From Naegleria gruberi (lineage: Eukaryota), in the NCBI GenBank assembly GCA_000004985.1, contig GG738875.1: a DNA stretch of 64,000 nucleotides, one strand, 5' to 3'. The notes below the pieces were generated by a model. The model saw only the letters and a list, made by a program, of their open reading frames with translations. It did no database searches and had not been told where the DNA came from. The translations under genes were made by a program, and so were the position numbers. How positions within the stretch are numbered: the stretch's first letter is position 1; every line of letters starts with the position of its first letter. Of the stretch, positions 57,196 through 64,000 are shown piece by piece.

Positions 57196-58130
57196 CATCA
57201 TCATGGGGTTTGGTTAGGATTCAGAGTTGATTTATTTGGGTTATTTAAGAGATTACTTAGTGAAGATTTATATCATTGATTATATTTATTATCATCTATT
57301 AATGATGTTAATTTGATGGTTTCATTTCTTATATTGATAGATATTTAAAGGTCAGGTCAGAACTAACTTTTGTATTATGGACTTTGAGAAGTCAAATGTT
57401 TGGGACGTGAATCTACTCATTGGATTGAATAGGTATTGCTAATAAAGGAACATTTCATTGATTTATTGATTATAACGGTCAAATTGAGTTGAATGTAAGT
57501 GAATCACATGTTGATTCATCGTGGATGGGTAGTTTCGCCACGAAGTGGTGCAACTACCAACCTTTGTAGATTGAATCAGGTTGATTTGCATGCAATATGA
57601 ATAAGTAACATTATCAAGAGTGATTATTCACCAATTCAATAATCAATATTCAATAATCGGTTTGATTTCAATCAATAGCTTGCTCATCAAGCTTTGAATT
57701 AATATTCCAGTAATTAACGGCAGTCTATTTTTAAATTTAATCAAAGACCATATATAGTAGCTTGACTTTTATGATCTGGAAACTATCTAGATGTGTTTCT
57801 TTTTTGAATAATCTATTTGAAAATGAGAAGAATTAACTCTTCTATTGAGTTTTATTGGTATTGCAAGGTATTACGATTATAATAATCTACACAGAAATCA
57901 CTCTTAAATATAAACTGTACTACAATGTATGAGAAACATAATGGTGGTGGAATTAATCAATAACTCGTTGAAATGACTGAGATGGAATGTAAACTATGGT
58001 CTGTTTGTTATGTAGTGGTGACTAGACAGTGTCAATTTCATCAAATTATTTCAAACTGATAACATTCAATAAAATACCATTTACCTTGACACTAACGTGT
58101 CTAAGGTTGTAATCAATAATTTTTATGGTT
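57196..58130. repeat. Partial copy (~870 bp X segment only) of the 1.08-kb repeat that is tandemly duplicated at 60797..62990
   Basis: Long near-identical stretches against 60797.. and 61878.., for example TTGGGTTTGGTTAGGATTCAGAGTTGATTTATTTGGGTTATTTAAGAGATTACTTAGTGAAGATT. Contains a nested hairpin GGTAGTT-TCG-CCAC-GAA-GTGG-TGC-AACTACC at about 57526..57556. Confidence 0.6.
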
Positions 58131-58173
58131 GATAGAAATTATTCTAAAACATTGCTCAAAAAATTAGACCAAC

Positions 58174-59244
58174 ATGTCCTCTCCACAGAATCAAGATAAT
58201 CCAAATCTTCATCAAGAAGATCAACATATGGATCAACAACAACCTCAACAAACAGGAAACCAACTTAATGTACCAACTACACACCCTCCAAACTATGGAA
58301 ATTCTGCTCAACACCTTAACCAACCGACATTTGTACCTCAAAGTCTACCGCAAAGCCATCCTCAAAACTTTCCTTTCGGATTTCCCTATATGAACCCTTA
58401 TTACCCTCCTACACCTGGCTTTGGAGCATATTATCCATCCTATCCATCCTATCCACCTCAACACTTTCGTTCACCTCTTGAAATGAAGAAGAGAAAGTTG
58501 GATGAGAAAGACAAGAGTTTGTTTTTGGAGCACGATGAGGTTGATTCTACATTGAGTTCTGTTGAAGAAGACACACCTCAAGTTGTCAACAATGAGCGTT
58601 CCTTTTTATTATCCTTCATTAAAGAGAAGGGTTTAACCATCTCTGAGGATATAAATGATATAACAGACATCGCACTCACCTACATTGTCGAGAATGCGTA
58701 TGTTAATAAGTTTCTTAGTGATCCTAAATTTAAAGAATTAATGCATGAAGGTTTGATGAAATACTCTACTTCTTTGAAAATATGCATACCTACATTAGAT
58801 TTATCCCTCTTCAACTCAAGAGTAGTCAAGATACTTATGGAGTCCTATGACATTCTTGAAAGAATATCCGTTTGTATACGGAAAACCACAAGCTGCTCTT
58901 CAAGATTAGAATTAACTGGTCTATATCATGGTATCACTAAGATGACCAAGGGTTATGTTTTATCATCCGTGATAAAAAGTGGTAACATGGATGATGGTAT
59001 CTCTCTTATTGAAAAGATTATCAGTTACGTTAACCTAGATCCTTTTTTAAGCGAAGATATCGATCGTGAAAGAAAGAGTAGACTGGAAGTCACAACCAAC
59101 CAATTTATGGTTAGTCATATGAAGACAGCTAATAACTCCAATTCTAAGGCTACAGGTTCCAAGGATAATAAGACAACCTCTGACAAGAAGAACAATAAGA
59201 GTGTTGGCAAAAAACCTCAGAACCAGCCAACATTTCAGAAGTGA
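58174..59244 (+). CDS. Hypothetical Gln/Pro-rich protein (356 aa) between repeat copy and assembly gap; possibly gag-like ORF1 of a retroelement. A second overlapping ORF starts at 59201 and runs into the gap
   Basis: The Q/P-rich N-terminus, basic C-terminal tail and overlapping downstream ORF in another frame suit a retroelement ORF1. Position sits between repeat blocks. No direct motif match. Confidence 0.3.
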   Translation: MSSPQNQDNPNLHQEDQHMDQQQPQQTGNQLNVPTTHPPNYGNSAQHLNQPTFVPQSLPQSHPQNFPFGFPYMNPYYPPTPGFGAYYPSYPSYPPQHFRSPLEMKKRKLDEKDKSLFLEHDEVDSTLSSVEEDTPQVVNNERSFLLSFIKEKGLTISEDINDITDIALTYIVENAYVNKFLSDPKFKELMHEGLMKYSTSLKICIPTLDLSLFNSRVVKILMESYDILERISVCIRKTTSCSSRLELTGLYHGITKMTKGYVLSSVIKSGNMDDGISLIEKIISYVNLDPFLSEDIDRERKSRLEVTTNQFMVSHMKTANNSNSKATGSKDNKTTSDKKNNKSVGKKPQNQPTFQK

Positions 59245-59424
59245 ATTTCTGGGGGGACAGATTTCTCTCTTTTGGGAGAGATGGAGAGACAGACAAGTTT
59301 CTCCAACTGTGCTGGATTGGATCAAGAATGGTGTAACAATTCAATCCGACTGTTCCCGATGGAAGAACTTCGGTTCAAACTCCATCAAGAAACACCAAGA
59401 AACCTGGCTCGACAACGAGCTAGA

Positions 59425-59474
59425 NNNNNNNNNNNNNNNNNNNNNNNNNNNNNNNNNNNNNNNNNNNNNNNNNN
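59425..59474. other. Assembly gap (50 N)
   Basis: Run of N characters. Confidence 0.99.
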
Positions 59475-59483
59475 TTATCATTG

Positions 59484-60796
59484 TCTTTTCTTAGTGAACT
59501 TTTCCTTCATCCTAATTATTAAGGAATTTTTACAAAGAGATGGAAAATGTTCAAAACTGGCTATAGATGGTATAATTCCATTGAACTATACTCAAATTCT
59601 TAATAATGATTGAGATTGGTCGATTTTTCACAACTGTTATCTTTGAAACAGTGATTTCATCCAACCACTCTTTACTAACAACTCCATGGACTGGCTCAAA
59701 CCCGTTGTAAAATTAAATTAAACTTTCTTAAATGAGCTTGGTGTGGCTCAAACCCGGTGTGCTTACGTAAAATTCAATCGGAATACAATTTTAACTGGTA
59801 TTCTGGCAAAGAGCCAACATTTTCACAATTAAACTTTCTTACTGAACTTTGAATATTTCACATAGGTAGGAATTTTTTCAAGTAGATGGAAAATGTTCCA
59901 AAATCGATAGAAATGGTACCAGTCCTTTACAGTACACTTAAATTCTCAAAAATGATTGAGATCAGTCGATTTTTCACAACTGTAATCTTTAAAACAGTGG
60001 TTGTCATCCAACCCGATGTAACAACTACTATTAAATGTTTCAAATGAGCTTGGAGTTGCTCAAACCCGTTGCTTCTTTTCAAAAAAGAGACTTATCCAAC
60101 CTTTTGAATGAGACTGTATTATACTATACAACAAATTAAAATTTTTATATTCTTACTGAACTTTTCTTACTTCACAATTATTAAGGAAGTTTTACAAGTG
60201 GTTGGAAAATGTTCAAAACTGTATGTATATGGTAACATTCCATTGGAGTATACTTAAATTCTAAGAAATGATTGAGATTGATCGATTTTTCACAACTGTA
60301 ATCTTTAAAACAGTGATTGTCATCCAACCCGCTTGTGGACTTGTGGAACAAATTGAAATTGTTTCAGATGAACGTGAAGTGGCTCAAACCCGTTGCTTCT
60401 TTTCAAAAAAGTTCCTGATCGAGCAATGTGATGAGGCTGGAATATACTATTCAACAAAGTAAATTGTTTGCAATCTTACTGAACTTTGAATATTTCAAAA
60501 TTATTAAGGAATTTTTTCAAGTAGATGGAAAATGTTCTAAACTGTATGTAGATAGTAACATTCCATTGGAGTGTACTCAAAATCTCAAAAATGATTGAGA
60601 TTTTCCATTTTTTCACAACTGTAATCTTTAAAACAGTGATTGTCATCCAACCCGATGTAAAAACCACTTGAAATTGTTTCAAATGAACGTGGATTGGCTC
60701 AAACCCGTTGATTATATTCATGAAAGTGGATTTCAGACCTTTTGACAATTCCTTACAATAAGGAACTATAAGTTTATGAAATATTTCTATCTTAGT
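59484..60796. repeat. Satellite-like tandem repeat, 4 units of ~320 bp (unit starts near 59484, 59831, 60158, 60478), roughly 80% mutual identity
   Basis: Recurring blocks CTTACTGAACTTTGAATATTTCA.AATTATTAAGGAATTTTT.CAAG.AGATGGAAAATGTTC.AAACTG... and ...GGCTCAAACCCGTTG... in every unit. Confidence 0.6.
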
Positions 60797-62990
60797 TGGG
60801 TTTGGTTAGGATTCAGAGTTGATTTATTTGGGTTATTTAAGAGATTACTTAGTGAAGATTCATATCATTGATTATATTTCTTATCATCTATTAATGATGT
60901 AAATTTGATGGTTTCATTTCTTGTATTGATAGATATTTAAAGGTCAGGTCAGTATCAACTTTTGAATTATGGACTTTTAGAAGTCAAATGTTTGGGACGT
61001 GAATCTACTCATTAGATTGAATAGGTATTGCTAATAAAGGAACATTTCATTGATTTATTGATTATAACGGTCAAATTGAGTTGAATGGAAGTGAATCAGA
61101 TGTTGATTCATCGTGGTTGGGTAGTTTCGCCACGTAGTGGTGCAACTACCAACCTTTGTAGATTTAATCAGGTTGATTTGCATGCAATATGAATAAGTAA
61201 CATTATCAAGAGTGATTATTCACCAATTCAATAATCAATATTCAATAATCGGTTTGATTTCAATCAATACCTTGATCAACAAATCAAGATTCCAGTAATT
61301 AACGGCAGTCTATTTTTAAATTTAATCAAAGACCATATATAGTAGCTTGACTTTTATGATATGGAAACTATCTAGATGTGTTCTATATTGAATAATCTAT
61401 TTGAAAATGAGATGAATTAACTCTTCTATTGAGTTTTATTGGTATTGTATGCTATTACGATTATAATAATCTACACAGAAATCACTCTTGAAATATAAAC
61501 TGTAGTAGAACGTTTGAGAAACATAATGGTGGCGGAATTAACCAATAACTCGTTGAAATGACTGAGATGGAATGTAAACTATGGTCTATTTGTCATGTAA
61601 TGGTGACTAGACCGTGTCAATTTCATCAAATTATTTCAAACTGATTACAATCAATAAAAACCCGTTCCATACATATCATATAGAATGAGTTTCAATATTT
61701 AATATTGTGAACTGACTCTGTTGGATACCATCTCTATAAATATAACAAGATGAAAAGTGTCAACATTCAATTACACATGCATCTAACTATGGAGAATCAT
61801 CATTATATCATCTAGATAGGTAATATTTCAAGTTTCAGTGGAATTGACTGTCTACATATTGAGATGTGTATACTAGGTTGGGTTTGGTTAGGATTCAGAG
61901 TTGATTTATTTGGGTTATTTAAGAGATTACTTAGTGAAGATTCATATCATTGATTATATTTCTTATCATCTATAAATGATGTAATTTTGATGGTTTCATT
62001 TCTTATATTGATAGATATTTAAAGGTCAGGTCAGTACTAACTTTTGAAATATGGACTTTGAGAATTCAAATGTTTGGGACGTGAATCTACTCATTAGATT
62101 GAAAGGGTATTGCTAATAAAGGAACATTTCATTGATTTATTGATCATAACGGTCAAATTGAGTTGAATGGAAGTGAATCACATGTTGATTGATCGTGGAT
62201 GGGTAGTTTCGCCACGTAGTGGTGCAACTACCAACCTTTGTAGATTGAATCACGTTGATTTGCATCAATCTTCAATATGTATCATTATCAAGAGTGATTA
62301 TTCACCAATTCAATGATCAATATTCAATAATCGGTTTGATTTTCAATCAATAACTTGATCATCAAGCTTTGAATTAATATTCCAGTAATCAACGGCAGTC
62401 TATTTTTAAATTTAATCAAAGACCATATATAGTAGCTTGACTTTTATGATTTGGAAACTATCTAGATTTGTTCTATATTGAATAATCTATTTGAAAATGA
62501 GATGAATTAACTCTTCAATTTAGTTTATTGATATTACTATATAAATGGTATTATTTCTTACAGAGTCTTCCACAGAACTCACTCTTGAAATATTAATTGT
62601 ACTAGAGCGTGTGAGAAACATAATGGTGGTGGAGTTAATCAATAACTCTTTGAAATGACTGAGATGGAATGTAAACTATGGTCTATTTGTCTTGTAATGG
62701 TGACCTGACAGTGTCAATTTCATCAAATTATTTCAAATTGATTACATTCAATAAAAAACCGTTCTATACATCAAACATGTCATATAGAATGAGTTTCAAT
62801 ATTTAATATTATGAACTGACTCTGTTGGATACCATCTCTATAAATATAACAAGATGAAAAGTGTCAACATTCAATTACACATGCATGTTACTATGAAGAG
62901 TCATCATTATATCATCTAGATAGGTAATATTTCAAGTTTCAGTGGAATTGACTGTCTACATATTGAGATGTGAATACTAAGGCTGATGAA
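60797..62990. repeat. Two direct tandem copies of a ~1.08-kb repeat (X ~870 bp + Y ~215 bp; copies at 60797..61877 and 61878..~62990), ~95% identical to each other and to the partial copy at 57196
   Basis: Read by eye: long identical runs, a conserved nested hairpin (near 61126 and 62206), and the Y tail (...CCGTTC.ATACAT...CATATAGAATGAGTTTCAATATTTAATATT...) after both copies. Confidence 0.65.
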
Positions 62991-63095
62991 GTGTCACCTT
63001 CACTGATTACTGACATGAGAAAGACAATTGAATATATTATTCTTGTATAAATAATTCATTTATCAACGATTTTGATATGATGGTAAAATTTAATT

Positions 63096-63145
63096 NNNNN
63101 NNNNNNNNNNNNNNNNNNNNNNNNNNNNNNNNNNNNNNNNNNNNN
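63096..63145. other. Assembly gap (50 N)
   Basis: Run of N characters. Confidence 0.99.
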
Positions 63146-63984
63146 GCCAGAGAAGCGAGAATCATTTACAAAATATTGTTCAAGATGAAATGGGTAATTC
63201 TGAAGGTGTCTTATATTCCCACAACCTCGAACACTATAGCAGATTCCCTGTCCCGTTTAGGGGAATGGACAACCTCCAAGAATTTATTCCAATATCTCAA
63301 TTCCCAATTTGGCCCATTTACAGTGGACAGATTTGCTTCCAAGCACAATCACCACTTAGTGAAGTTCAATTCATGGAACACACACCAAGATGCATTCAAG
63401 GAGAATTGGAATATGGACAACAATTATATGGTACCACCACTAGGTATGATTCCACCAACACTGATACAAATTATCAAGAACCAAGCGAAGGGTTTATTGA
63501 TTATTCCAGATTGGAAAACCTCTTGGTGGTATCCTGTGGCTTTAAGGATCTCAGTAAAGACAGAACCATTTCAGAGAAAGATGCTTTGCAGCTTACCCTT
63601 GTCAGAACTTCAGAAAAACTCAAAATGGACTCAATTCTTAGCAATTCAAGTGGACGGGAGTCTATATTGAGGAAGTTAAAAAGTTTGATAATCGAATCTC
63701 AATACGTACCATCCTACGCATTCAAATTATGGAGATGTTTCAAACGTTTTCAGACATTGAGATATTGGCATCAACTTCCCTTCAATACTGAAGCTGCTGA
63801 ATTGTTCATATTAGATGAACTATTGATTGGTAAAGGTTGGGAAATACCTGTTATCAAATCATCACTTGTATTTTTTGCGATGCTCCTTGATATTCCATTT
63901 GTATGGAAGGAAGAACTAAACAATCTAGTTACAGGTGCAAGCAGAATCTGGGGTTTGGATCCCATGTCAACCCCTATTTATTAA
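63146..63984 (+). mobile_element. Fragment of a DIRS-like (tyrosine-recombinase-group) retrotransposon pol ORF: C-terminal end of RNase H plus downstream conserved region; frame switch near 63650
   Basis: Translation YIPTTSNTIADSLSRL is the typical RNase H C-terminal ADxLSR motif. It is followed by FTVDRFAS..N....KFNSW......DAFKENW.....YMVPPLGMIPPTLIQII.....GLLIIPDWKTSWWYP. From memory this matches the segment between RNase H and the methyltransferase-like domain in DIRS-type elements. Confidence 0.45.
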
Positions 63985-64000
63985 GCTTTTCTCCTTAAAA

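Noticed and set aside
57196-62990. CRISPR-like array as an explanation for the regularly spaced repeats
   Set aside because: This is eukaryotic sequence with introns and a 5S gene. Repeat units are 320 bp and 1.08 kb, not 25-40 bp with unique spacers. They are a satellite and retroelement-type repeats.

Overview
This is a 64-kb AT-rich (about two-thirds A+T) eukaryotic nuclear contig with two 50-N assembly gaps (59425-59474 and 63096-63145). The first ~57 kb is gene-dense, with about 32 protein-coding genes on both strands. Introns are short GT-AG introns of ~43-140 nt, many with GTAAGT or GTATGT donors, and proteins carry Asn/Thr/Ser/Gln homopolymer tracts. Two RNA polymerase III genes are present: a tRNA-Ser(GCU) and a solitary 5S rRNA. 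The last ~7 kb is repeat-rich: a 1.08-kb tandem repeat, a ~320-bp satellite, a gag-like ORF and a DIRS-like retroelement pol fragment, all next to the gaps. Base composition, intron style, low-complexity tracts, an acyloxyacyl-hydrolase homolog, abundant signalling genes and the DIRS-like element together suggest an amoebozoan, dictyostelid-like genome. That is inference, not proven. Several gene models were rebuilt by hand splicing: a histidine phosphatase, a patatin-like lipase, a P4-ATPase, a Rab11-like GTPase, a RasGEF, a 7TM-RGS protein and two cyclases. The most notable content is a tandem pair of receptor-type class III nucleotidyl cyclases whose extracellular domain is an NMT1/THI5/SsuA-type solute-binding fold. 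Other notable items are a 7TM receptor with a C-terminal RGS domain, a DEAH helicase fused to an RBR E3 ligase, a prolyl-4-hydroxylase-like oxygenase fused to WD40 repeats, and F-box/HMG-box proteins. A giant GPI-anchored NHL/EGF repeat protein shows nucleotide-level tandem repeats and a cluster of frameshifts. I cannot run searches, so all family assignments rest on motifs read directly from the translations.
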